A DNA stretch of 64,000 nucleotides. Source: Bispira polyomma. Its lineage: Eukaryota. Below, one piece after another: positions 12,690-26,429 of the stretch. The notes below the pieces were generated by a model, which searched no databases, was not told the DNA's origin, and saw nothing but the letters and a program-made list of their open reading frames with translations. The first letter of the stretch is position 1. The number at the start of each line of letters is the position of its first letter. The stretch covers positions 30,132,001 through 30,196,000 of the forward strand of contig OZ287750.1 in NCBI GenBank assembly GCA_965649765.1, written 5' to 3'. A program made the position numbers and the translations under genes.

Positions 12690-15600
12690 GTAAGAGAAGT
12701 CGGAAGTCTGGCTCAGTCTCCACAAAACTACAGTTATAGAACTTCAATTATCCAAAATTCTATTATCCGAATATTTGACTTTATCTCTAATTCATACTGA
12801 AATGATACTTCTATTTCATGAACCTTTTAGTTTTTTCATCCAACCAAATTTTTGCTCTCATAACATCTGGGGATAATCAAGGTTTTACAGTGTTATCTGA
12901 TCTTACCAAAAAACTTTACCGTGTCGTGTTGTGTAGTGTAGTGGAGTGTCGTGCCAGAATATACACCAGGGGGTGTAGGGTGTGCAACGTCTTAGCCTGA
13001 TTTCACCCAAAGGTTTTGGTGTCTTGGATGCTATTTTTCAAATTATGACCCCCCCCCCCCCCCTGTCAGCTGCTTGGTCAAGGCGGGGGATATAGAATTC
13101 TGCGGCGTCCCTTCGTACATAACATTTGTCTGATTATCATAAGCCAACCTGTTTGACATATGGTTGTCATATTTGTTATAGGACTAGTAATAGTAAAACT
13201 AGATAGCCTCTAATCACTGCAATGCTGATTCTTTTCAAAAATTGTCTGTGGTCATTTTACAGCCTAAGAACTTGAGCTAGAATCGTATAGTTTGATGTGG
13301 AGGTTGCTTTAGCAAACAGAAAAACGATTGAATGTTGAATTCACACTATTCAATTTTCAAGCCAATTTTCAATCCACTAGGCTAAGACAAGCCAATTTTT
13401 TTTAAATTTTGAATTTTCGCAATTTCTTAAAAATGGCGAAAATCCCGGCAACGGTAAGAGATATAGCAATTTTGAATCAATTTTTAGATTGTCTACACTT
13501 TGATGGCCGTCTGTAATTCTCACAATTGTCATAAAATATCTCCGAAACGGTAACATATAGAGTGATGTAGAGCCAATGTTCGACTCGCTAGGGTAATACA
13601 CTTTCTAGGGTAATACACATTCTCACAAATCCTTTAACCTCCTCCACATTTCCAATTTGGAGGATTATTGCATTCTTTGATTGTGTCATTGTTTCAGAAA
13701 CTTTAAAAAGAAAGTTAGATTGACCCACCAGAACCACTGATGTTGATTTTGTGTCGCAAGCATATTAAGATGCACACTGACTCAAAGTCATCACTGTGAA
13801 TTTATTGAGCAAAAAGCATTTAGGTGCTAATGATGAAGCAATTAAAATACACGTAGCACAATTGTAAATGTCTTGTCTTTCCTAGTAACTACTAACTACC
13901 AACGGAGGAGAAAAGCACACATTCTGTTTTTTACTTCCGTACTTCAAATTCAGCCAGAAGTGTTTTTTTTTTGTGTCTTTCCGATGACGGGGACTGCTTT
14001 AAAGTAATTTAATTGGCTCTTGATGGAGATTTACTTATTAGCTCCTCTTACGAAAAAGAGTACCGAGTTATCCTTTTACCAGGGGTCCAAAGTGGCGTTT
14101 TTTTTTTGTCAACGCCCAAATGTCAAGCCTTAAAACTAGTAAAGCTGGATTTACCACAAAGGGACATAGTGGTCAAAGTGTGCTCTTGTCCTTTATTAAA
14201 GAGGCCATGTATCAATGGCGTCATAGTGTGAAAGGTGAAGAGTTAGACAAAGGTAGTTTTAAGACAGATGAATTATGTACAGCAGTCGAATGCCCCATCC
14301 TTCCTCCTGAGATAACACAAGGCAAGGCTGACTTAAAGCCTGTTTGTGAATCTTCTTCTTTTATCAATTTTTTTCCCCCTTTTTTACCATTGTAAATTTT
14401 TAATCTTTAATTGTTTTGATGCTTGATAAGAATCTTAAGTAGTTAATGGAAAAAAGAAGTTTAATGCATTAAGTAAATTATTCCAGAGTGAAAAAGTTGT
14501 ACAGCCTTATTAATATTATTTGATTTTGAATCTTTTAGACCTCTTAAGTGTGGGTTTAGTTTTTTTTTTTTTGATGGATTTTTTTTGTGGATGTTACAAG
14601 AAATAATGCTCTTAATTGGTATTTAAAAACAAAGTGGGGTTTAAGCCGTTTAAAATTTAATGGAGGATTTGATTTTTTGTAGACGTAAATGGAATTCTAA
14701 TTTAGTCAGGTTTTGTGATGTTTTTTTTTACTGCAGCATTGTTTTTCTTCCCCCTAAAATTTAAACAAAAAGGTTTAAATTAAATTTTGTAAGGCATGAA
14801 ATATTAATCAACGTTTGTTGTTGATAAGATTTTGAATTAGTTTTTTTTTTTTTGCGTTAAAAAACTGACGCTAGTTTACTTTGGGTCAGGATCATTGTTT
14901 TCGTGATAATGAGTTTTTGAGTACACTAAGTCCACTTCTCCACAAGTACCATTTTTGCTGTACCATGTTATGATTGCGATTTGTTTCCACTTTATAAGTC
15001 ATATGCACCTGTCTCTATACACACAAAACCACTGTACTATTTGCGATAAAAGTGATGTTGTGAGAATATTAATTCCATATTAATATGCTGAAATTGTATA
15101 TCTGTATTTCAAATTGCACTTGTAGAGACAGAAACCACAAGTTTTTATCGCAAATGGTACGATCGTACATCACCAGAGTAGAGACGTAAACTAAAGCTGT
15201 TATATATAGTACATCAAAAAGCATTTACTTACTTCTGCGCTACGTCGGTCACATTTTTGCATCACAGTTGCCACTTGGAATTCTGGGAATAAGGTTAACC
15301 AAAGTAGTTCCAAAGGTATAATTTTGTTACTATCTGTTTCACCTGGAATCTAAGTTAAATATGTTAGAACAGTAAAAGGTAGATTATTTATTTAAAAGAA
15401 AAAAAATTAACAGCTTAACGCCTCCTTTGTTTTGAATTGCGTGGATGTGTACACCTGGGAGGTAGACACTAGTGAGTCTACGAGAGATAGTTTACTGTTT
15501 ACTAAAGTGTTTCTGCTAGAATGGAACTTACTTTTGCTAGAAAAGAAGATTCTCAAAGCACTATATAATCGTAGAATTCAAAGGGATTTTCTTTTTGCAT

Positions 15601-16313
15601 TGAAATCTTATGAATGATAATGCCATTATTACACTTTGTGTTAATGAATTTACTTCCTTACTTCTCTTCAATTGGCTTGATGTTTCTTTAACTATCCATT
15701 GCTATAAGCCAATCATTTGATTGTTTCCTATATGATAAAGCATTTGGTTCTTGAAATTTATAAGTATATAACAGAAGTACAGGTATCTCTGTATCAGAGC
15801 TGCAACGAGTAGTTAGTTTTGTACCCTAGTACTATTAACAAGTACTCTTTTTAGTGTAGAAAAATAGAAGAATGACTCAATTAAGATCAATTTTATAAGA
15901 AAATATTTTTAAAACTGCTGATATCAAACAAGGAAAGACTACTCTTTTTCGCCTATTTTGAACTACGAGCAGTTCATTACTTTATTTGTTAACAAGTACT
16001 CGAGTACTCTTTTGTAACCCTACACTGTATTAAATGCAGTTTGGATTTGATATAAAAAAAACTGCAGTGAATTGTGTTTAAATCTCCCTGAAACTCTGTC
16101 TATTTTTAGAGAATAATGTAATAATCCAAACGTTTGTTCAAACAGACTTCTTTGTTGGCTCTCTGTTCCGTGTTTGAGCTCCATATGAACATATATTCAA
16201 GTGATTGCTTTACAGTTGCTGTAAATGTACTCCTGAGTGGGGGCAGACCATAATAGTAATAGCCCTATGTCTGGGATAAACATTTTACTACACCGATTAC
16301 TACAATTACACTA

Positions 16314-16530
16314 AGGGATCTAAAATTCGCCACTGTATCCGAAATTTGCCACCCCCTAAAATTCAAGCCAAATTAATAAAAAACTAGGCAAAAAATCACT
16401 TGAATTTAGGTAAGCAAAGGAAAATAATCACAAATTCCCAATTGCAGCAAATATTACCCCACAAATCGACCAAAAACCCAACAATGTCTAGGTGGTTAAT
16501 TTAAGATACAGTGGCAAATTTTAGATTTCA
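16314..16530. mobile_element. MITE with ~26-bp TIRs (partial relative at ~17340-17435)
   Basis: atctaaaattcgccactgtatc ... gatacagtggcaaattttagat. Confidence 0.7.
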
Positions 16531-17565
16531 TACCCTCTACATGCTTTTTACATTGCAAGTGTCATTCAGGTTATTGTTATCGTCAAACCAAGAGTGCGAT
16601 GCTTTTGCAGTTTAAGCAAGCAATATCAAAAGTTCGAAACACGGTCTAGCCTAGGAGTAGGGCATCAAAAGTCCAAAGAATTTTTTGTTCAAAATATTTT
16701 AATGTAATAAATATCTGCATGTGAGGAGATTCTACGTTATCTATATGTCTAAAAATTCAAAGAAAAAATATGACAATAGGAAAGATATTGTTTAGTAACT
16801 TTAACTGAAGCCTGTCGAACTAGCTGTAAATACCCCATGTCAGCACGGTTAACAGGGTTAAAGAAAAAGCTTTATCAATAAGCAGTTTAAACCCCTGCAA
16901 GATTGTAAAGGAATATCAGCGCACAAATTATTGTAACTCAACTTTATAGTGACAGGAAAAACTGGAAAAAAATTGGTTAGTTTCCGTACAATAATTGTCT
17001 AAAGAGTCTCTCTGTACTGTTTTAAGTCTGCTAGGAATGAATTGTTTAGTAGTGGATTGATAACAACCTATAACTGGTGACCTCTATGTAGTTCGCATTA
17101 TGCCCTTTCTGAACCCCCCTTTGAAAATATCATTGGGTCTGGTACAAGATGAAATATAGAGTAGAACTTGTTTCATTCCAAGAACAATTATTCTGATTAT
17201 TTATCCATTTGTTTATTTGTTATTTATTCATTCATTCAATTACTTATTCAATATTTTATATAGACAGTTGAACCCTTTTAAGTCGAACCTCAAGTGTCCA
17301 GAATAAATACCTCTAGTTAAGCAGGAATTTGCCTTACTTACCCTTAAATTCCAGTTATTTTTCCCCAGCTTTTATCAATTTACCTTAAATTTTAGGGGTA
17401 GTGAATTGCAGATACAGTGGTAAATTTTAGAATTCTTACTCTAACTGGAAAACCTGTTTAACCAGTTATTCTTTAAAACCAGTTGAATTCTGATTATATT
17501 CAGAAATTTTACATCAATTTACCCAACAGTTCTAATATTAAAGTTAAATTTTATACTTTGAAGCC

Positions 17566-17812
17566 GGGGGCCGCGGTGGCCTCGCATTGCGCTTCACAAT
17601 CACCGGTCTCTCACCTCTGGGTGGCGTGAGTTCGAATCCCATCGATGCCTATGTGGGAAAGGTGGTAGTTCCTTACTGTGGGCCGCTGGTTTCTTTGCAG
17701 AACCTCGACCGACTGTATGCAGTGTTTCCTCCAGCGTTTCCAACTACCCGTCCCAATATAACCTACTAAAAGGTACTAGAGTGGACGTTAAATATCTAAA
17801 TTCAAATTCAAA
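17566..17812 (+). mobile_element. tRNA-derived SINE family A, copy 1 (A box partly deleted)
   Basis: Highly similar to the copies at 28074 and 39385; B box GAGTTCGAATCC; imperfect TSD tatactttgaagcc/tatactttagagcc. Confidence 0.9.
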
Positions 17813-18188
17813 TATACTTTAGAGCCATTAACTGACATGCTGCTGCAGAGTTTTGTACTTTTGTTATTCTACCAATTATTATTGTATAAACGCAACATAG
17901 TAAAGGATCTATAAACACTGTTTTTCATTTTTCTAATAACAAGTTATCGGTTCGATATACAAACCAACCACTGGTTGATGAAAAAGCCAAACTAATCCCG
18001 GCCAGCTCCACTATATTTTGGGATGACTAGTGGTGTATTGGGAGTAAAGGCTATCATACTTTTTAGAATATATATTGTAGTAGCCCACATGGATGGAATA
18101 TTTATCAAAGTTATGTCAATTACATATCCTGTTCTCACACTGATTGAATACATATACATGTAGCAATTTAATATAATTTCTCAGGTTA

Positions 18189-18409
18189 CTGCCTCACTAG
18201 ATATTTTCGTTGAGTAGATATTTTCTTCATTGCTATTTTAAATGCCTTCAAATTGAATAAACTACTATGTTTTGGAATTACATATATTCCTATAGATTGG
18301 CCTGTTTTCTAACAGTTAATATAATTTCTACATTTTTGCACTGGTTAAAGGTATCTTTATTTTGCCGATGATGAAAATATCTACTTGACAAAAATATCTA
18401 GCGAGGCAG
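18189..18409. mobile_element. MITE with ~35-bp TIRs and TA TSD
   Basis: ta|ctgcctcactagatatttt ... aaaatatctagcgaggcag|ta. Confidence 0.8.
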
Positions 18410-19044
18410 TACAGTATTTTAAAAACCTTTCTCTCTGTTGATATTTATGTACTAAATCGGCAGTATTTGTCTGCTACAAACTGGGTGATCATGTAGACAT
18501 TGATAAAATAATTTTACTCTAATGTATAACCGAACTCTTGTAAAATTTGTCACATGACTAAAAAAAGAAACAACGGTTGCAAAATAAGTTTTTATACTGC
18601 GATAGTATACAGCAGTCCTGGTATTTCTATGTTAATTGTTAATGTGTGAACATGTCGGTAGCCGAAACTGACCTTTTGTTCTCTTTTGGCTAATTTGAAA
18701 GCAAAATTTGTTGGAAGATAGTATATAGGGCAGTGTTGCATACAGTGTATTGGTTTAATGTATAAAACATTTTGGTGTTAAAAATTACAGAATTGCTCGC
18801 CTCAATACCAAAATTATAACATTCCGTGAATATTTTTTTGGGGGGATGATAAGCATGTATTTTGTTCATCTAAAAGTCAAGAAGCCAGTATTTCCAGGCT
18901 TCAACTCTATAATTAACCAGAAATTCACTGTTTTACTGGTCACTGGTGTTACAGTGATAACATACTGATGGAATATATATAAAGCGCTATAAAAATGTTA
19001 TATAATAATAACTCATGACTGCATGACATTTAAGTACATGTACT

Positions 19045-19442
19045 ATGGAACCCCTGTAAGGACATATACAGATTTTTGTTTACATGCTTGATCTTAGTAA
19101 TTAACAAGGTAATCTTATTCTCACAAGTTGATGATCTTCCACAAGATAAACTCATTATGATGAGACCATTAAGTCATTATCATGAAATAATTAAATTGTT
19201 CTAATGAGATAAATTATTTTTTAACTTTTTATGACAGGATGATCAAGATAATCTCATTATAGTGTTATAATGAGGATCATTATAACAAGATGATATTTGT
19301 TATAATGAGATGAAAAAGTCGTTATAACAAGATAACTACTGTAAGTCATGAGAACGACATGATCATGTTATAATGAGATTCATCTCATTGTCAGTAGATA
19401 ATGGTTGTAAGAACATCTGTATGTCTTTAGAGTGGCTCTGTA
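19045..19442. mobile_element. MITE-like element with internal ttataatgagat short repeats
   Basis: Imperfect TIR aggacatatacagat / atctgtatgtcttt with TA flanks. Confidence 0.55.
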
Positions 19443-20525
19443 AGATACACCCGTGTACATGTCATGGTAGAAAGTTCAATCTGGTAGAATTTGAAATTGA
19501 ACCTATACATGTAGTGATGGGGACCAGTTAACCCTTGTGTACCAATCGATATCTAACCTAATTGAAACGATTTGTAACCTAATTGAAACGATATCCAACC
19601 ATTTGAAATGGTGGATGTCTTTTTGAAGGAATATTTATTTCAAATACCATTTTTGGAATTCAAACATAATGATCAACTTATTGATTTGACATCATAGTTG
19701 CTTGTGTTGAGTTCATTGTTAAAATTATATTTGCGATAAGTTATAAGGCGGGCGTTAATTGGTACACCCACCACTATATATTGAAAAAGGCTGATCACAG
19801 TTGCACTACCAGTGTTTATTAAGGGAACATTTGGTATGTGTAAAATATTAAATTAAGATTCAAATACATATACATGGAAAGGGGAATTGCATAGAAACAA
19901 GATTTAATAGGTTGATCCACTTTTATTCTGAACACATTTACCCAGTCACTACCTGTCCCCAATAAGTAGAAGGTATTAAACTTTTAAATTTGGTTGTTAT
20001 GTCAACAGGAAGTGTTTTTTTCCCTGTGTTATGTGGACACAAAGGAAATGAATAATAATTGGCTAATTAATCATAATATCTCTGAAAACAAAAATGAAAT
20101 AAATCAAAGATAACTGCAATGGATTCTTTTTAGATTAGTATAAATTAGTTCCAAAATGACAAGATTACAATCTTGATTTGTAGAATAAGGTCAAGGCCAC
20201 CAGGAATCAATCCATTATCAACTTTAATGTGTAAGTGAACTTGATAGAGATATATATATGTTTTAGTTTCTTTAAAAATTGTCAAAACTGACTTTTAGGT
20301 TTATGCCATAGTGGTTACACATTAGTTTATTAGTAAATTATCACATGTTATCACATTCCAATTCTCTATATGTTGAATTGGTAAGGCATCGGCTCATTGT
20401 TTTCCTTTAACTTAACAGAAACCATGGTTTTCAAAATGGCAACTGCTGCAGCTATCTTGTTTTGTATATGGAACTGACTCTATATTTTTTTAGTCAACCA
20501 GTCATGATTATATTTTATCCTTCTA

Positions 20526-20874
20526 AGCCTACGCTTCCTTTCAGCATGTTTTTATCGGCCGACGTCGGCCAACGTCGGTCGATTTTTTTTCCCTCATGAT
20601 ACAATACTACCAAGTGCTACCTTTCAGCATATTTGCATCAGATCTGATCTGACGTCAATCGACTTCTGTTGGGCCAACAGTTTTTAGCTGTCAGGGAGGG
20701 AGAAAATCGGGAGGACTGTCTGATTTTTGAACAAAATCGAAAAAAAAATAAAAATTTTACATTAAAATATTTACTATATATCTGCTGAAAGGAAGCGCTA
20801 CATCGGTTGACGTTGGATCAGCTCGGACACACAAATCAGCCGATGTCGGAATGTGCTGAAAGGAGGCGTAGGCT
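20526..20874. mobile_element. MITE with ~21-bp TIRs and internal TIR-like repeats (degenerate relative at ~52250-52435)
   Basis: agcctacgcttcctttcagca ... tgctgaaaggaggcgtaggct. Confidence 0.8.
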
Positions 20875-21321
20875 ACCTTCTACATAATCATCTACCAATA
20901 ACCTGTACAGAATTTCAATCGTACTTTGTACAAGTTATTATAACTAATACAACAAAGCCGTACCAGTTATAACTTTTACAAAATCCTGACTCATTCACAA
21001 CACATATATATACTACCAACAGAGGAGACTATTCTTTGCATAAAAAAAGCTTCTTTAGAAAAACCCCCTAGCTCAACTTCCAACATAATGGACAAAGTGA
21101 TTGTGGTATATAAAGACAAAGTAACTAGATTATTGTCCCAGTCTGACTAAGCTTCTATTTCCATTCATCAGACTGCTGCCAATAGGCAACAGCAAGGAAC
21201 AGTCCCCATACAGTCAATTGTCACAGTGTTTTAAAAATAATATGCATGACTTTCTGGTTGATTTGTTGTGTAAGATATTTTGCTTGCTTAACAGCATCTG
21301 TTTCCTAGTTTGTTTATAGAG

Positions 21322-21545
21322 TGACTAGTGGTTAGACAAGTAATAGAAGCGTCTGTTTCACAATTACTTGCCTCTTACCAATGTTGCTTCGAATCCTGTT
21401 CGTTTGTTTATGTGAGAAAGCTTGTCAGGTACTTGTCATAGGTCGGCAGTGGTTTCCAGTGCTTCAGCACCGGTTTCTGCCACCTTTTAATCTGGCTGTC
21501 GTGATATCACCTTAGCTGTTAAAAGCAATGAAAACCCCAACTAAA
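21322..21545 (+). mobile_element. Old tRNA-derived SINE copy (related copy at ~36283-36480)
   Basis: ctagtggttag and ttcgaatcc boxes; 3' part accttagctgttaaaag resembles acccaagctgttgaaag at ~36440. Confidence 0.6.
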
Positions 21546-23202
21546 CTATTATTATTAATGAGTGAGTCTAGGAAGACTAGTCTCACTCATTGATGGGATT
21601 GTGCAGATTTGGTGTTGTGACAGCATTTTCATGAAATTGGCCCGAAAATTTTACTCCATACTTACCAGGTATCTTTTTTTAATTCTGGGGATAATGCAGT
21701 CAATTCGTTTTCTTAATAAAAAACTATAATAACTGTTTTAAAAAACATAAAAAATCTAGGTTGCTCTGACATGAGTTTGACCTATATAGCCACATATATC
21801 ACTTTCTAGCCTTTCCTTGTCTTCACACACACTGTACACCTTCTTTCACACACAAAGAATTATTTGTGGAAGAGAACAAGTGTGCAGTGTGTGTGTAAAG
21901 TGGGGTAGGGGATGGGGAGGGGTGTCAGTGTGGCTGTGCTGTGTTTGAGAATGACAAGTGTGTGTATGTATGTGAGATACTGAGTTGGTATTTATTACTG
22001 TGGAGGGTGTATGTTGGGCTAAGTGTGTTGATAAGTAATATTGTCCTGCTTGAGTTAATTTTAATCTGAAGCATGTTAATAAAGTCTATTGGTATGATAC
22101 TATCAAATAAGGGTGATTTCAGTATAAGAATAATCTTAGTGTCACTCTTGGAAATATTTAGAACCAGTGTTTAAAGTTAATTTACAGTGAAACTTTCAGG
22201 AATAAATTGGTATTTCAGCTCTACTTCACTTTCTAGCCTTAAAAATGGCCCGTATTTATAAAAACGGCCTATATATGCGAAAAATTAGTAACAATCTATC
22301 TCAGAATCATATATTCTATTAAGTGCATGCTACATGTATGCATTTTCAAAACACTTAATATAAGAGTTTATTTTAGTAAATTATACAGTTACAAATGATC
22401 TTCACGAGAATTGTTTACATTTTGGAAGTGACCACAGCGCCTCTAGCGAGTTCTATGAAACAATAAAGTTCTAGAGTCCATGTTTACAAAATAATTCGAA
22501 ACAACGAGAAAATGGAAATCTCAGCTCGATTCCAGAAGACTGCTGTGTCCCCATATTGTAGCACTTACCTGCGGCAAGATCGTTTAACATTATTACTGAC
22601 AACATACAGCCGACAACGAGGGAACCCGCTTTAATTCCAAGTATAATGCAGTCGTTGAGTTGAACAAACTCTAATAAGGGTGCTAAAGTGGTGACCTCGT
22701 TTGACATGGATTTGGCCTACATTTTACCGCATTTGTCTTTGCAACCATGTTGTCGTATTTGCGTATAAATGGAGAAAGCCTGGCTTCGCCCACTTCCAGG
22801 TCTTACAATATTAATCTGGCTTCAAAATCTTACTTGTATTTAAGCTTGAATATCTCAGCCGTTTCTTTCGGATTTTGATGCCAAAAAAAGCTCACGAATC
22901 ACAATAAAATGAGCTTTCTCATCTTATTTTGATGCAAATTGCCTAAAGACTCATTAGGTTGACAGGTCGACATAATTACTGTTAGTGAACGAATACGTGA
23001 CCGATTTATCGGTCACTGATTGCTTGTTATTATTATTAGCATTGAAGTGTTTATATATAGTGCCTTATTGATATTTCATCCTCTAAGGCGCTCATTCTCT
23101 GAAAGAGATAGTCCTACAACATAGCCATTTAGTACATCATCAGTAGGCAATGGCTTGTTCACATCTTGCCCAAGGATGTTATCCAGCCACTGAACCTTTC
23201 AA

Positions 23203-24097
23203 GGGTTTAGTGACGTAAACACATAAAACGATCTCCGATAACCACGTTATGTGTGCTCAAGCTTCTCAGAAACTACACAACTTTTTCTTTGTGGCCTTAA
23301 ACCCGTTTTATAGATAACGTATTTACATTTTTATCAGTATAAATAATAAATAATTACTTAAATTTTAATTATATACCAATTCATATATTTTAAGTATCAT
23401 TTTAATAGATATCTTCACGTTTATCAGTATAAATAATAAAGAATTACTTAAATTTTAATTATATACCAATTCATATATTTTAAGTATCATTTTAATAGAT
23501 ATCTTCACTAACGTGACACAATTCATATACCAAGAAGGGATCAATACTGAAGTATTGTATATAAATAGAAAAAGAAAGACATCAGCATTATTTTGAATGA
23601 ATTTGTTTTTCAAGAAAAGCACAAAAACGGGACAATTTTAAAATAACTTTAAAGTTACACTCTTCTAAATGGAAAGATACTTTGTATTCTTCGTTTATAT
23701 AACATAAGGAGACATATTTAAAAGTGTAATTCATTGAAACCAATATACACGTTTTTTAAAGTTGTGTAGCCTACATAATATCTTTATATATGCTGGATCA
23801 ATACTCATATTATGTCACAATAGAAGAGTCTCTCTGTAAGAAATGTTTACAAATATGACGTTCCACCATAGGTTTTAAATTGTGTGACGTCACAATACAG
23901 GAATCATTGTGTGGGTGTTTTTATAGTTTTATAGCATAGTATTAACCCTTTCAATAGTTTGGACACATGAAAATGATTAAAAACCATACTGAAGTGTACT
24001 TTACAGTCCTCATAGTTGTTATACAGACTAGAAATGACTCTCGTAAACATAGCATGCTTTATCCCGAGCCGGTTTATGTGTTTACGTTACTAAAGCC
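23203..24097. mobile_element. Kolobok-like MITE (RR...YY ends, TTAA-type target), copy 1, with internal ~89-bp tandem duplication
   Basis: TIR gggtttagtgacgtaaacacata / tatgtgtttacgttactaaagcc; flanks tcaa and ttaa; long similarity to 56898-57774. Confidence 0.85.
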
Positions 24098-26329
24098 TTA
24101 AGTGGCTTTAGCTGGAGTCGAACTGTGAACCTTCTGATCACCAGACCAACTTTCCAACCACTAGGCAACGGGAGACCGACGCCCGTTGCCAAACAACTTT
24201 TTTCGCTAACTAGGCTGATAGGATCGACCTGTCCGCATGCAGGTGCTTTGTGTGTGTAAAATATAGAAAGTGGGCATCAGCTACATGGAAACATTATTAG
24301 CCTTTAGTTCTTCAAACTAAGTGTTAAAATGACTTCAGCAGAGGGATATCCTTGTATCTATGTATACCATTTGTGCATATGTGCTGAAAAAAATATCCTT
24401 TTAGAAGTACATCCCGAATCTCACACCGATCTGCCCTAGGCTGAATGTCCTGATAATGTCTAGTAAAACCTCTATTATCTGAACATGTTGGGTGAGTAAG
24501 ATTTTGAATTTAGAAATTTGGTGCTAGACCAAAACTGTTAAACATTTTGTTGGCATAGTTACATTTGAACATTAAAATCGGTGTTATTATCATTAACAGT
24601 ATATAGGTCATGCCTTAAATATTCAGACAAAGTCAGGTGACACATCTGTGTTATAGGTGCAAGTCTTTTGTCTAGGAATGCCAAGAAACTTCAACTCCAA
24701 GGCCTTGGAAGACCAACAGCTCTACTGTAAAAAGAAGGACATTTGGAGAACCGAATTATGAGATTAAGGATGTAAACACTATACTTTAGGATAAATACGG
24801 CGACTAACTACATCATATAATATACTGATAATAAAGTAGGCTAACAAGATGCACCAAGAAAGGGGATTTTAGAGTACTCTTAATGTGTACCTGGTAAATA
24901 GTTATGAATTCAAATTATAGTTCAGTTTGAGTTAGTTGTGGTTGTTTAAGAAAAGGTCAGAAGAAAACAGGCCCCACTTCAGTACCATTGGAAATGTCAC
25001 AGCTTCCCAGCTGAACACCAATTTCAAGCCTTCAATCAGTGGAAGACCTCCACATTTTAACACTTTGATTCCTGCAGAGCCGGAGTAAGTGTATTCTTAG
25101 GCAACTTGTTGGCCGATTAAGAAGCCATATATATGCATAAACTAATGCATTATCATAAAGCAGCAAATTACCTCCCTTCCTCTGGGGAATCTTCAAGGAG
25201 AACATTCTTAGATAGAAACCCCCTGGAAAAGGAAGAAGTACCCTAATTTTTCTTGGATGTTTGAAAGGGGGTAACAAACCCACACTTTGTTTACCATATA
25301 CATTGTTGTATTGTTTCAGAATTACTTTCTATAAATAATTAAATTTAACAAAAAAGAATGTTTAACCTTGAAACATTTATGAGTATATTAGAGGTGGACA
25401 TAAAATAGCTGTTAGACTATTATTAATATCAGTCCTAGAAAAAACCCAACTTGAGTATAATGCGAAGACAGTGGAAGTCTTTGCCTTTAAAATATTAAAC
25501 TCTTCATTTTTGGTCTAAGCTGGCCATTACCTGGGGTTAAGGTGTTGTAAAGCATGGTTAGCGGGAACATTTGTTTTGTAGCTTCATCTAATGATACTAC
25601 ATGATGAGACGACTTATAATAGTGGTAAAAGTGCTTTGAGAAACCACAGTGTTTCAAACTTTTACTGTCGGAATCCTTTGATTTCTGTGACTTGTCCGTC
25701 AAGGCCAAAAAGTTTACTGCAAGGGAGTTTTCACAACCCCAATTCTGATATTATTATTCTTGCTTACAAATTAGACTGCTCAATGGACACATACAATAAA
25801 ACCTATATTATCTGAACTTCCATTATCCAAGTATTTGATTTTAATAACTAATTTCCTAAATTTATATTTTCCTATTGTTTGTAGACTCAAAGACCTTTTC
25901 TATCTTATAGAACTTCCATTATCCAAACAAAATATTGCTCTCCCAACATGTTTGGATAATAGAGGTGCTACTGCATTAGAGTTGTGGACATCATATTAAG
26001 TAATTGCTTTCAATTTTATATTGGATCAGTAGGCAATGGTGTGTTCAAATCTGGCCTAAAGTTGTTATCCCCCAAGTGACCATTATTGTGTTACAAGGAG
26101 TCAAAATGAGCTAATTGTAATCACCAAACCAACTCTCCAGATGGGAGTTGAACCAGGGACCTTCTGATTACCAAACCAACTCCCTGACTACTAGGGCATG
26201 GGAGACCACAAAATATATATAATTTATAGAATGAACTATTATTTTGTTATATATTTATATATGTTTATTATATTAACATGGATTAAATACAAATTATTAG
26301 TTCAAGTACTTTGTGTTTTGTTGTTGTAG

Positions 26330-26429
26330 TTATGGTTATGACTGGAAGATCGAAGAAGGTTCTAAGAATGTGATGCGAACCCATACGACAGCAGTCAGTG
26401 CTAGAATGTTGTACAAGTTAGCTCAACAG
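26330..26429 (+). CDS. FARSA: FARSA internal exon (100 bp); last FARSA exon found in the window
   Basis: ttgtag|T...CAACAG|gtatgt; [33 protein letters not shown] contains the conserved RTHTT motif; ends in phase 0. Confidence 0.97.
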
